In this document: piece after piece, positions 1-12,300 of the stretch
Layout: each line of letters opens with the position of its first letter
Position numbering within the stretch: position 1 is the stretch's first letter
Source: the human T2T-CHM13v2.0 reference genome, Homo sapiens
DNA: 64,000 bases
Assembly (NCBI RefSeq): GCF_009914755.1
Contig: NC_060947.1
Direction: 5' to 3' (one strand)
Notes under the pieces: generated by a model
Told to the model about the DNA's origin: nothing
Databases searched by the model: none
What the model saw: only the letters and a program-made list of their open reading frames with translations
Made by a program: the position numbers and the translations under genes

Positions 1-74
1 CTACCTGTGGATTTTGGTATCTATGGTGGGGGGTACTGTAACCTGGTCCCCACAGATATCAAAAGATGACTGTA
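1..74 (-). mobile_element. End of a MER2/Tigger-type Tc1-mariner DNA transposon relic
   Basis: GGATTTTGGTATCT...CCCACAGATATCAAAAGATGACTG followed by TA resembles the reverse-complemented MER2-like terminus with a TA target site. Confidence 0.55.
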
Positions 75-84
75 TATACTCTCT

Positions 85-920
85 AGCTAAGCTCACCTAC
101 CTGCCCCTACGATTTCAACTACTATGTTGATTGATGACACCCAGATCTCTAATTCTAGACTTTATCTTCAGATCTGTATTTTTTTAGAACAAGCTCTTGC
201 TCTGTCATTTAGACTGGAGTGCCATGGTGCAATCATGGCTCACTTGCAGTCTCAACATCCCAGGCACAAGCAAGCAATCCTCCCACCTCAGAGTGCTGAG
301 TAGCTGGGACTAAAGAGATGTACCACCACGCCCAGTTAATTTTTTTTTTAAAAAAGAGATGGGGTCTCACTATGTTGCCCAAGCTTGTCTGGAACTCCTG
401 TGCTCAAGTAATCCTCCTTCCTTGGCCTCCTAAGCTGCTAGGATTACAGGCAGGAACCAGTGCGCCCAGCCAGATCTGTAATTTCCATCTGGCACAATCC
501 ATCTCCATCTGGATATCTAGCTGGTGTCTCACATCGAATAAGTCCAAACCTGACTGCATTATCCCCACTGAAACCAACTTTTTCTTCTGTGTTCCCTATT
601 CTGCTTCATGGCATTACCTAGTTTCCCAAGACAAAAGCCTCAGAGTCACTCCCTCCTTCTTCCTCACACCCTAAATTAAATCAATTTCCGAGAATCATTG
701 ATTCTACCTTATCAGTGCTTCTCAAATTTGTCCACTCCTCTCCATGTTACTGTCACTGCCTTGGTTCATGTCCTCATAATTGGTCACAGTTGCAGTACTG
801 CCTCTTTATTGGTCTCACTGCTACTATACTCCTAATCTACTTCAATCCTTCCTCCATACTGGTGATGTCTTTCTAACACAAGGTTGATTCACCTTGCCCT
901 CACTTTAAAACCCCTTATCT
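85..920 (+). mobile_element. L2 LINE relic, interrupted by an Alu
   Basis: Degenerate L2 3'-region motifs (ccatctggatatctagctggtgtctcacat..aagtccaaacctga; cttctcaaatttgtccactcctctcc). Confidence 0.6.
179..470 (-). mobile_element. AluJ-like SINE
   Basis: Reverse Alu dimer; TSD CAGATCTGTA at 169-178 and 471-480. Confidence 0.9.
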
Positions 921-2364
921 CGTTCAGTTGACACTACTACAACATAGCACACTGCTTAATTTTGGATAAACCTCAGGAAAAACACCATTTTCTAGGATTA
1001 TCTCCATGCAGCAAAATACCAACCCATTCATTCATTCAACAAATGTGTACTAAGCCTCTTCTGTATGTCAGACACATAAATGGAAATAAGACGTTATCCC
1101 TGACCTCTGTTCCCCAGGCTCGGATAGGAAATAAAATGGCACTCTCTTGTCCTAGATTGGTATTCCCCATTGCTAATTTAACCTAGTGTTCTTTCACAGC
1201 CCTAAGGTCATGTGGAATGTGATTCTCCATATTCTCTGACTAAAAAACATCCTAGACACTCTTTAAGAATCAATTCAAATAACTGACTATTTATAAAACT
1301 ATATCAATCTTTGAGTTTCCAGAGCATTCTAATTATTCCTCTACTATAGCATTTGTTATATGACCGGAGTATGCTTATATATCTGTCTCCCAAAGATGAT
1401 TTTTTAATGTCTCTGTAGCACCAGGTAAACAGAGGCTTTGAAGAAGGTTTGATAAATTAGCAAATGAATGAATGGAAGAATGAGCAAATGAAAATTTTCC
1501 TTCATGAAAATTGTTCTGTGATATATAACCAAAAGTATGTAAACTGAAGTTTTCAGTAAAAGGAGAGACCAGTGCATGAGACCTGGAGAGCCTCTGTGGA
1601 AAACAGGAGCCTTCAAGACCCATTGTCACAGATCATCAGTGTAAATGTTAATTTTTTTCCCTTTCAATAGTAAAGCAGTTCCAAGTATTTTGCTAAATAT
1701 CTGGGACCAGTGTTCTCTCACTATGTCTACTGCTGTTTTACACATTTTCTTAAGGATACTTTATTCCATGTTTTACAGAAGTAAATTGTTAAAACTTTCT
1801 CTCTTCCATGTTAAATTACCAGTTAAAATACTTCCCTTGCACTGAACTCTAATTGTTTACATTAAAATTACCTCACTTTCACAAGTTGTCCGATGTTTCA
1901 TCAAAGCAATATCTCAAATAGTGAAAAGAACAAAACAATGAAGAAAATGTAGCATCCTTATGTTGACACTTCATGAATTCTAAACCAAAAATAAATGGTG
2001 TCACACCTAAGTGTTGCGATTTTATTAGACTAAACAGGAAAGATATATCACAAATGTACTAGCAGCATATGAATACATGAACAGAGTACATCTATAATAA
2101 ATACCAACCCAGTAAAGCAGTGTGACATTATAGCCCCTACCCAAGATAACTGAAAGAAGGTACGAACTGAAAAAAATATAAATAATAATATCTCATATTA
2201 TGTTTATAATTATCTGGAACATATATAAAGAATTGGCCAGAATCAGAAGAAGAATAAAAAGAGTAATCGCTCCCAATATTTTAGTGAGTGTCCTAAAGCC
2301 TATTTCCTTTCTCTTAAAACTGTATACCAACCCAAACCTTAAAAGTAGTTTAAAAAGAGAAGAA

Positions 2365-2444
2365 AAAAAGAAGGAAGGAGGGAAGGAAGAAAAGAAGGAA
2401 CGAAGGAAGGAAGGAAGGAAGGAAGGAAGGAAGGAAGGAAGGAA
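2365..2444. repeat. (GAAG)n purine microsatellite
   Basis: Tandem GGAA/GAAG units seen directly. Confidence 0.95.
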
Positions 2445-5400
2445 TTAGAGTGATTTTATTGATAATTTAAAATGTAAGATTATTCTCAAGTCTAAGCAAT
2501 AAGTATTAATTGGCCAATCAACTGTACTGTTCTTCTCCCTTAGCGGTCACTAGATCTCATTAGTGAAATTAATACTATCTTCCCCAAAAAAGTTTCTTTT
2601 TTTTTTGACTTGCTTCACAATTCTGAAATGCTTTCTTACATTGCTTAAAGCTTTAAGCGTATGAGTCACAGTCACAAAAACATATTCATTTGAAGTATAA
2701 AGTAAGCAAATAAGTGATGTATTCATGTGTCTGTAAATGATGCTTATGAAATCCTTGTCCACAATGTATGTATGTTTTCATAAATATTCATTTAAAAAGT
2801 GTCAGCCCCACACACATAAACACAAACACATTTTTGGGCTACTTAATAGAACAGATCACACATCAGTATCACTCAAATGCTTACAATTAAGCAGAGCAGC
2901 TTAAAAAAAGAAAATCATTAATGTTAAAGGCAGGAGGGGGATAAGGCACAGAGTTTAAATTCAAAATGTTGACCACAAACTTTTTGTTGATAGGAATTGA
3001 GTAAGCTAAAAACAGTACCAAAATTTTAGGTTGAGAAGGCTTCCAGCCACTGTGTAGTTATAGTGTATTTATACACCTCTATATTTAAACACAGGTGGTA
3101 ATTAGCAAGATTGAAACACCTTTAATAAGGTATCATCATAGGTGCAAAGGATGTGTAGCATAAGATTAGTTCATTATCAATAACTTTCCTGAATTAATCA
3201 TCTCTTAGGACATTTAATTTTAAATGTACCTGAAAAAAACCTGGATTATTGAGATAAGCCATCTGCAGTATCTCTTTCTAATTTCTCTGAACAACTGAAG
3301 AGTTTTCTTAAAATGTCTGTATGCAGCTGGGACATAGGGATTGCAATATCTAATAAACCAATTGTCCATCTAATCTGGCACCTTCTCTTTGACAGGTGTC
3401 TAAACCAGATAGAGACATTAGAGGTAATATACACACTTAGAATCCACCAATTATGCAAAACCATGCAACTGGGAAATTTTCTCTTTGACCTTAGCCAGTG
3501 ATCAGATTTTCCCAGAAGTATGCAAACTGATAGCCACGTACTTTTATTTTGGCTGTTTAAAAACCATCATTCATACAGGCAACTAAAAACACTAAGTCGA
3601 TTCCAAACCTTAAAACATTAAAATGAAAGTGGATTTCCTTTAATATAAATGCATAGAAATTCTATTGAAAGTTACATATATATGTATAATATGCATCAGC
3701 ATCCTGAATACTTACAACACCTTTCAACTAAATAGAAAAACAATTGAAAAATAAATATATGGTGATTTCAAAAGGGAAACCGAGGCTATAGAACCATAAA
3801 AACTGAGGATTTGAGTAAACAGTGGAAGCTGGAACCATCCAGATGAATGAATGACTTTTTCCATTGTTCATCCAAATGCAAGCATCTGCTGAAAGGTTAG
3901 AGGAAATCGACATGACAAAGAAGATACCAATATTATGAATTCTACAAGTTCCGTGATAATTGTCCCAATTTTTTTAAGTTTTAGTCAGATTTTAGTATCA
4001 CACAGATATAGTCCAAGTAACAAAAAATACACCAAAGAATAAAATACACGTAATTCAACACTCAACAACTGGATACTGATATTCTCAGTATTCCCTAAAC
4101 TGTAAAAATGTGGATATTAATTTTCCTAAACTTTTGAATAACTGCTTCATTCTATCATTAATAGTTCTACCTTGAACATATATATTTTGAAATTTTATTA
4201 ACTTTAAAACAGAAAAATACCTTCTGACCTTTACATATATTTATCTTTCCATTCTTTGTTTCATTATCAAAGATCTTCTCTCAGTCGTAATACAGAAATT
4301 TGCTTACAGCTACAAATTGACAGAAAAGTAATATTAGTTTCTCAGGACTTTAGCCGGTATTGCAAAAGACTTGACATGGATTGCAATTCAGCTCATCATA
4401 GAGATTGTGATTCCAAAATTTAATTTCATAACTCATAATCAGCCACAAAAACATTACAACAGAATATGAGAAACATTAAAAGGCAATTTCCTCATTGTTG
4501 ACTACTTATTAATTTACAACTTAGTCGAATAAAATTAAAACAACCAGTATGCTTTCTGGTGACTGGTAAAATGACTGTTTTACAAATTTCAAATAAATGT
4601 ATTCAAATGCATTTGGTCTCTGTAATAAAAGTGGGACATAGATATTGTAATAAGACTTTTTTTATTTGAAAAGGAAAAATAACCAATTCTACTGGAAAAT
4701 TCAAGCATCATTTATATTATGTTTTCCTATCATCACTAACTAGGCTTCTTCAAAGTCTACAAAATCATAATTTGAAAGAACATATTTTTTCAATGTAATA
4801 GCTATTATGAAACTATTTTACAGCTGTGAATGTTCTATTAGAACAAAAAATGCTCCATAGAATACATACATACCAATAGGAATGCACAAATCAAACTTCT
4901 CTTTCTGTGATTATTTTTTAAAAATTGCTTGAGTAGGGACAAAGAGGGTTGTAGGAAGATTTTCAGGAAAATGACAGAGATGGCACTGATTTTTCGTTCA
5001 GCTTAATCATTTATTTCTAGCAAATTCAATTCCCCAGCCTTTTACAGCAGTTACTTTCAGGGACCAACAGGCTGGCATGAAATTAAATTAACAAGCAGAT
5101 TCCCATTCTGAATTAGTGACTCCCAGCTGTCTGTCCCATCTAGTTTCCATGGCAGTAGCACAATCAGTGGAAAATGAGGTACAGGAAATTTTAAGAAGCC
5201 ACTGTATCAAGCCCCTTAAGTCAATTTCTTTAAGCTGATGAATCAGTACAGTGGGCAGGGGTGGGGGCAGGGAAGGGGGAGTAGGGTGTAGAATTGAATT
5301 TAAAGTTTTTAATTTCCTGCCTTGCTGAAAAGGTCAGTGTGTTTCTGTTTCTGTAATTGTTGTAGAATGCAAGCAACATCTCCTTATACATTTTATAGAA

Positions 5401-7012
5401 GGCTGTAGATTCACGATGGCATTTAGTTCATTGGGCATTTTATAGTAACCCAAGAGTGTTTAAGATATTTTACATGTATTTTAAAGTGTTTTATTTTATT
5501 TTTTCTTTCTCTTTTGACATGGATATTAAGGGTCATCGGCCTGTTAAGTGACTCCAAAACACCCAGAAACTAGGTAAACAATTTTCTCAAACAACCAGAT
5601 GTTTTTCACCCCAAACAGTTGGATGGTTAACAGAATGGTGCAGTCACATATTTGGGTGTCACCTAGATTCAGTCATAGAAATTTGTCATAAGCACCCAGA
5701 GAAAAAGTATTAACCTTGGCACATATCTACCATAAACAGAAATATAAAGGCTCCCAGGTAAGAACTTCATAGGGGATTATCCACCCATGTGAAAAGAGAT
5801 TTTTAACATGTTTTTATGTGTCCATTTTCCAATTAGCTTCTCCACTCTTACAGTTAGAATAGAGCGGGGGTGGAGAATCCAATATTTCAGAATCATTACA
5901 TCACATTAAAAACATCATCCAAGAGGTAGTGGTTAGTTGGCATATATGCATGTTTCACCATATGCTATTGTTTACCTAAAGTGGAGGCTCGGACAGGAAG
6001 TACAATTTAGAATAATTTTTTAAGTTGTAAATTATCCAAGATTATACTTCCAGGCCTTGAAATGGGTCCTGAAGTTACATAAAAATCTAATAGACTTCAT
6101 TTATTAGACTCTAAGTTACTATTTTAAAATATTAGGGATCCATGTCACCTGTAAAAATATTTACTTTTCAAATTTAAATTAGCTTAATTTCTATACAGAA
6201 ATGTTAGCATTGCAATTGATATAAATATTGTTATATAATAATTTTCAGTCTATGCCATCATATTCCAATTTCCTCAGCCCTATTTTTCATGGGTTCCAAA
6301 TGTAAGCAATTTTGCTGGTCTTGCTAAATTGTACCACAGCACGTCTAGCAAACTACAAAATCTCTATACATTATATAAATTGCCATAACAGAGCACCGAA
6401 TACTGAACAGACACCTATGGTTGGTCATCAAGGTTGTTAAGAATAATTAAAAGCTGTGTGAAGCCTTTTATAGCATTCACCTGCTCAAACTAAGCATGGT
6501 TCTAGCTGGTTATATTTGATATTTACTTTCCTCTGTTCTAAAAAAAATCAATGGAAAACAGAAAGGAATAAAAATAATATATTAAGCCAGGATTCAGAAT
6601 ATTTTTACCTTTTAGGGGAAGGAAAAATAATAGCAATCTCCATTCAAAGTAGTGATTTAATCTAACACTCAGAAGCTGTAGAAGATTTAAAGAAATTGTG
6701 GTATATGTGAGCATTTCTGAAATTTGATTCCTTTTAATTTTTATAATCAGCAGTTACACTTCCAGTCGTGGGTATATGCTGTTGGTCACAATTGCTAAAT
6801 TCTGTACCTTACAATATTTTTCATCTGCCTGTAGTCATACTAGGAATCCAGTTTAAACCTTTCTTCTAAATGTTAAGTGATGGGAAGCTTTTTAAGTACG
6901 CATGGATTATTAATTTTGTGGTTAAAATCCACAGCAATTTAACAAATATATATAATTTTAATAAAGCTATTGTACATGTTTTATATCTGATTCAAGGCAT
7001 TCACAAGCAATT

Positions 7013-7018
<6 letters not shown>

Positions 7019-7066
<48 letters not shown>
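7019..7066. repeat. (GT)n(GA)n compound microsatellite
   Basis: Seen directly. Confidence 0.95.
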
Positions 7067-8344
7067 ACAAATATGAGTACTATAAGAAAATTTGTTTTCA
7101 TCAAAAAAATTAATCACTGACTCAGTTATTCAAAGTACTGGTCTTCTTTTGACCTCTGGTCATTTATAAGTAAGTAAATAAATAAATGCATAAATAATAA
7201 TAATTAACTTGTTTTGGGAAACTTTAGGGAATTTATTAACCATAATCTATACCAACTACTTGATAGCTTTACTTAAATCTGAAACTGAATGACTTAGGAA
7301 AAGCAAGCTTCAAGCAAAAATTATATGGACTCCAAATGTCTATCTCTAACATAGAATATGAAAAATGTTTGTTTTATTAATTAACACTAAAATTTCTTAC
7401 TACTTCCAAGTTTTTAAGGCTGTCACAGAAAATAAATTTCCACTAAGTTTTCTGTTTTCAGAAACAACATATCAGGAATGTTTTGCAGTTTGACAATTTA
7501 AAGTAATATTGTATAGAATAAACTTGAATGCTAGACTGTTCTGCTTCAGCAAGAATCTTTCTGGTAAAGGTATCAGAAAGGATCAATGACTATGAGGGAA
7601 ACTATGATTATGTCGGTGTTATTTACACATATAATAGCTGAATTGAAACACTGAGAATTCTAGGGTATTCAGACTGAATTAGGCCTTTGAATGTGATGAT
7701 AGTTATGTATAATACAATTTTATTTTAATACACCTAAACGTTTGAATATTTGAAATCTTAATCACCTTTACAGCACAATGATTCTACAAAGCATTCTTTC
7801 CTTTAGCCTCACTGTATATTTTGTCAAATGACATGACTGTCCCTAATTCATAATTGGAACCTAAACCTAATGGAAAATACTACTTCATGTATGCAAAAAT
7901 ATTTGTGGGGTTTTTTTCTGCTATGTATAGCTGACATTGTTCTCAGGACTGGACTCTACTAGTTTTATTATGAAAATGTTAACATTTCTTCATAGAGTTG
8001 TTTTATAGAAACACCTGTTTTTCAGAAACATTCTGGGGAACAACCTGAAAACTTTTAAATAATATTTAGAGCATGGATTTATTTTAGGAATTACCTGATC
8101 CCTTTTTAAATGCATATTTCGACTTTCTTTAATCATGAAAAGTTTTCAACATTATTTTGTCATACCTGAAAGCTTTTAATTACTCTTAAAAACCCCAACT
8201 TTGCCATAGTAAATTATTTAATGCATCACAAAATAGTGTTATGAACTTGAACTAAAATGGCAAAATTGGGATTCTGTTTCTCCAGTTATGTACTTTGAGG
8301 GTCTTACTATGCCTTATGAAAATTCATTTTTCCCCACGTTGCAG

Positions 8345-8745
8345 ATATGAAGAGCAAGGAGCGGGGGTGAGCAAGCAAGCAGATGCTGGGTAATCATGGA
8401 GCAGAAGTTAAAGGTGTGGATCGCCTTTTCATTAATTTTGTTTTTTAAGCCTTTCCCTCTTAGACTCTTCCCTTTCTTGGTAACACTGGAGTATCTACTG
8501 CTCCAGATCAGAAGACTTCGGACTAGGAAGATGAACTGGGCTATTTCAGCCAAAAAATATAATAGAGCAGACATTTGCCATGTTCTCCTCAAACACGTTA
8601 AGAGTAGCAATTGATTCTCACAGTACATTGTTACCTGGCTTGTTAATTATAATCATAGAACAAGAGTCTAAAATTCAAGGAAGCTGTCTGCGACACTTAC
8701 TCGTCACAAACGCGATCAATTAAACGCTAATCTAACAGTACCTAT
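8345..8745 (+). ncRNA. Candidate terminal exon of an antisense lncRNA (HDAC2-AS2-like if the locus is HS3ST5; unverified)
   Basis: Acceptor ttcatttttccccacgttgcAG|ATATG (AG at 8343-8344), ATTAAA at 8719-8724, and a GU/U-rich tract at 8761-8783. Inferred from motifs only. Confidence 0.4.
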
Positions 8746-9025
8746 TAGAGTGCACTGGGATGTTTCGTTTCCTTTTGGTCTTTAAAACCAAATGGCTACT
8801 AATTTCCTTTCTGTAGCACTGAGAACTTCTCTTTGTATTTCTTTGGGCCACCTCAAAAACACCTCCAGGTTGGTATCCCAGGAAAACAACGGTTAAGTTC
8901 AGGACGTTTACTGACCAATTGCTTCATATTGGAGATGTAGAGCTTTTCTACCCCTATTAGCATATCGCCAGTAGCAGTGATGCAGATCTGCTCAACCCGA
9001 AGCTGCCGACGGCGAGTACGAGCTG
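8701..9025 (-). other. Candidate alternative non-coding first/5'UTR exon of the minus-strand gene
   Basis: Minus-strand donor GA|GTAAGT (acttac 8695-8700), alternative donor CAG|GTAACA at 8635, and tandem GC boxes just upstream (9033-9049). The 5' end is uncertain. Confidence 0.4.
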
Positions 9026-9032
9026 CAAACCA

Positions 9033-9049
9033 GCCCCCGCCCCCGCCCC
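9033..9049 (-). promoter_or_regulatory. Tandem Sp/KLF GC boxes
   Basis: GCCCCCGCCCCCGCCCC (GGGGCGGGGGCGGGGGC on the minus strand). Confidence 0.6.
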
Positions 9050-9189
9050 TACTCTCCCAGTGGCGACACAGACGTGGAAACATCTACTAGTGGAGTGAGA
9101 TCCTCTGTCTCCGCAATTGTAAACAACTGACTGCATCGGGTTCACTGAAATGTTTAAATACACTCCTGACTGCAAACACATCCACTCAC

Positions 9190-9366
9190 CAAGTAGCGCT
9201 AACAATCTCCCCTTCTCCGCCTCTAGGCAAAGCATCCTGAAACTAAATTGGCAATCCTCCTGTTATGGAGTGGAAGAAAGTGAGGTTACATTTCCCCAAG
9301 CCTGCCTAGCGGGTGCTTGGCGCTCGCAGATATGCTGGCCGTTGCTGAATCTCGGGGACCAAGTCT
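9190..9366 (-). other. Candidate 177-nt cassette 5'UTR exon
   Basis: Minus-strand acceptor gtttccgcatttcatccAG|AGACTT and donor CTTG|GTGAGT (actcac 9184-9189). Confidence 0.4.
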
Positions 9367-12300
9367 CTGGATGAAATGCGGAAACACACAAACCCGCACA
9401 TTGGAGCGCATGGTTAAAGTCAACACCGACGGCTCCTGGAGCACCGCCTGGGTTGTAATGACTATCTCTTTTGACAAAGATTGACAAAGGTATAGGGAGG
9501 ACGCATCGGGTGGGGCCCTCGACGGCGGCGTAGGTTAGGAGGTCCTGCAGTTCCCCCGGGAACCCGGGCTCCCTGAGTGAGGCTCAAATAGAAATTCAGA
9601 AGCAAACAGGTACTAAAGTGCGTCCTAGCCCTTGGGCATATTCTCTGCGGAGACAGCAGGACCTGGACCCCAGTGGCAGAGCCCCAGGCGAACGCTCCAG
9701 GGTGGGAGGGATGCCAGAGAAGCGCCCCTTTCTTTCTTTTTAGACCGAGCCTCCCATCCTCACCCCAAGCACCCAGGTCCACTTGTTAGAGTGACTGGGC
9801 TCTGCGCGAGAGCCGAGGCGAGGAGGCTCCCTCTCAGAACTGAAGGAGTTGGTTGGTAAAAGTGCCGCCTGGGAAGCCCAGCGAGCCCTCGAAGGGCAGC
9901 GTCCCCAGGGCCCGCTGGAAGCTTGAACTGCGAACAAGGCCGACCTCCCTTCTGCCCCAGATGGTCCAGAGCCCCATGGCCGGCGGAGACCGGGAGAAGA
10001 AGGATGCGGAGGCTCTGCCACCTCGGGCAGGAGTCCCAGAGCGGACTCAACCGGCCGCTAACAGCCAGGAGCCGCCATCCGCCGCCTGCAGCCTCGGGGC
10101 GAAGTTCGCCTGTAGTCCTTGGGGTAGAAGGTTGGGGGTGGCGGGCGGGAGCGAGAAGGAATGGGGTGGGAGCCAGGAGAAACGCACCTACCTATTCCAA
10201 GCGCAAGTTTCGGCGGCGTCCCCAGGTGCTGTTCCCCCGCCCCCTCGCCAGGTGCTCGGCTCCGCCGGGCGCTGCCAGTGCCCGGGACTTAGGGCGTCTC
10301 GGCCGACTCCTGCGGGAAACGACTGTAAATCCACATTACTGTTCGAGCTGCCGCTCGGGCCCCCGCATTGCTCTCCTCCGGCTGCTGGCAGCGGTGCTCT
10401 AAACCGGCGGCCGCCGGAGGCAGGAACCGAACCTAGCTACTATTGCACCAGCGGACGACCGCTGCCAGAAGGGTGCTTGCGCCCAGGGTCCTATGTGTGT
10501 GCGAGAGAGTGTGAATACGTGTGTGTGTGTGAGTGAAAGAGAGTGTTCGTGTGTGAGAGAGCAGAAGGGGTGAGCTCAGCCCCCGGGGCACTCGGAGGTG
10601 AACTCCGGGCTGAGCCGAAGCTCGCCGCGCTCCCGGGTGCTGGGCGTCTGCTCGGCTGATGGCTGGGCTGATGTTGCCGTGGCCGCCGCCGCCGCGCTCT
10701 AAGGCTGGTCGCGGTGGTGCAAAAAATGTTTCTCCGCTACTCGAGACCAAAAAACCTGCCCTGTCTACTGAGCATGCCCGGTTTGACAGCTTCACAGCCG
10801 AGGTTTTTTTTTTTTTCTCCTTTTCCCCAAGACTCCAGGTTTTAGCCGCAGCTGAGATGGGAGGTGGAGGGAGGTGGGGGGAGGAGGAGAGGGAGAGGAG
10901 GAGGAGGAGAAAGAGGAGAAGGGCTTAAGGAGCAAGTATCGGGCAGAGGAAGGGAAGTCGCAATGAGAAAGATCAGGGTGTTATAGGGTGGAGAGGGGAA
11001 GGAGAAAGCTGGATATGGAAGCAGAGGAAGGAAATATGGATCAACAAAATTTAGATTTCCTACTACAGTGGATAGATGCCTGGCCAGGTGACTCACTCGA
11101 TGTTTTTTTTTTTTTTTTTTTTTAATTACTTTCTCCTGAGGGTGAGGGGTGGGGTGGGGGGTTCGGATGAGTATTTGTCAACCCCAGGATCAGCCTGGGA
11201 CAGTGTTACCTAGTCATGACATACACAAACATCGCGTGCACACACACGCGCGCGCACACGAGCGCACACACAGGAGCACAATCACTGCTTCTATGTTCAA
11301 AGCCTCAGGACTGACTTAGAATGCGAAGTCTTTTGCCAGTATAACTTTGGCAAAAAAAAAAAAAAAAGGGCGGGGGGAGAGAAATTGTTTGGTTTCCTTT
11401 TCTTATTCTCCTCTCCCCCGCCTTCCAGAAAAGCCAAAAGCCCGTGAATGCGGTGCATAAGCGACCCACAAGCTCTCGTGCGTCTGTCGGTGAGAGTGCA
11501 CCGCCGACTGCGTCCTGCTGACAGTGTGACCCCAGAGCGCCAAGGCCGGCCGGCCACATGCAGCCTACTGGCGGCGCATCAGATCAGCAGTAACGACGTC
11601 CACCTGAAGGTGGTTGGGGGAAGAGGGGAGCGCTAAGGGATCCTGCCCTGCCTGGCCGCCCAGGTTCCTGGGCTCCCTAAACGGCTCCGCCCCTCACCCA
11701 GCCTGGCACCAGGGCACGTACTCGGGCGAACCCAGCGCGCTGCCCCAAGCCCTGGATCCCTCCCTCCCTCCCAACCCTCCTCAGCTTCCTCGAAAAAGCG
11801 GAGAAGCGGAATCTGCACGCCCAGAAACTCGCGTCAGAAGCCTTAGTAGTCCGACTGGGCATGCTCGGGACTTGGGGCGCTTCGCATGGAGGCACTCTCC
11901 AGCGGCTAACATCTGTCCGACTGGGCCAGATGTGAGTCTGAAGTAGGAGGCTTGGATGCACGCTAGAGCAGGCTCTGGTTCCGGGAGGGGTGGCGGCGAC
12001 GCCCACAGCAGTCTTCTTTCCGGCTTCCCACAGAGAGCAAGACCGTGGGAGATACCAAGTGCCGAGCCAGGGGAGCTGCACAAACTGGAGAAATAGGAGT
12101 CTAGCGGATTCCCAGGCCTCCTGCCCCGCGGTGCCACCCCAGCCGTAGGCAGGTAGGGGGCGCGCAGAGCAGCTAGGGAGCACCGCGTGTGCTCCCAAGG
12201 GACTGCTGACCTCTAGGTAAAGAAAAGAGAGCGTGAAGAGTCGAACATTCTTTGGGCGAAGGACGTTTACTGATTTTTTTTTTTTTAAGTAAAGAAAGAA

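Noticed and set aside
9853-10536. 227-aa plus-strand ORF and other overlapping 100-170-aa ORFs in the CpG island
   Set aside because: The 227-aa ORF starts at TTG, is P/A/G/R-rich with no recognisable domain and ends in a (GT)n repeat. Long ORFs in all frames are expected from stop-codon scarcity in GC-rich DNA.
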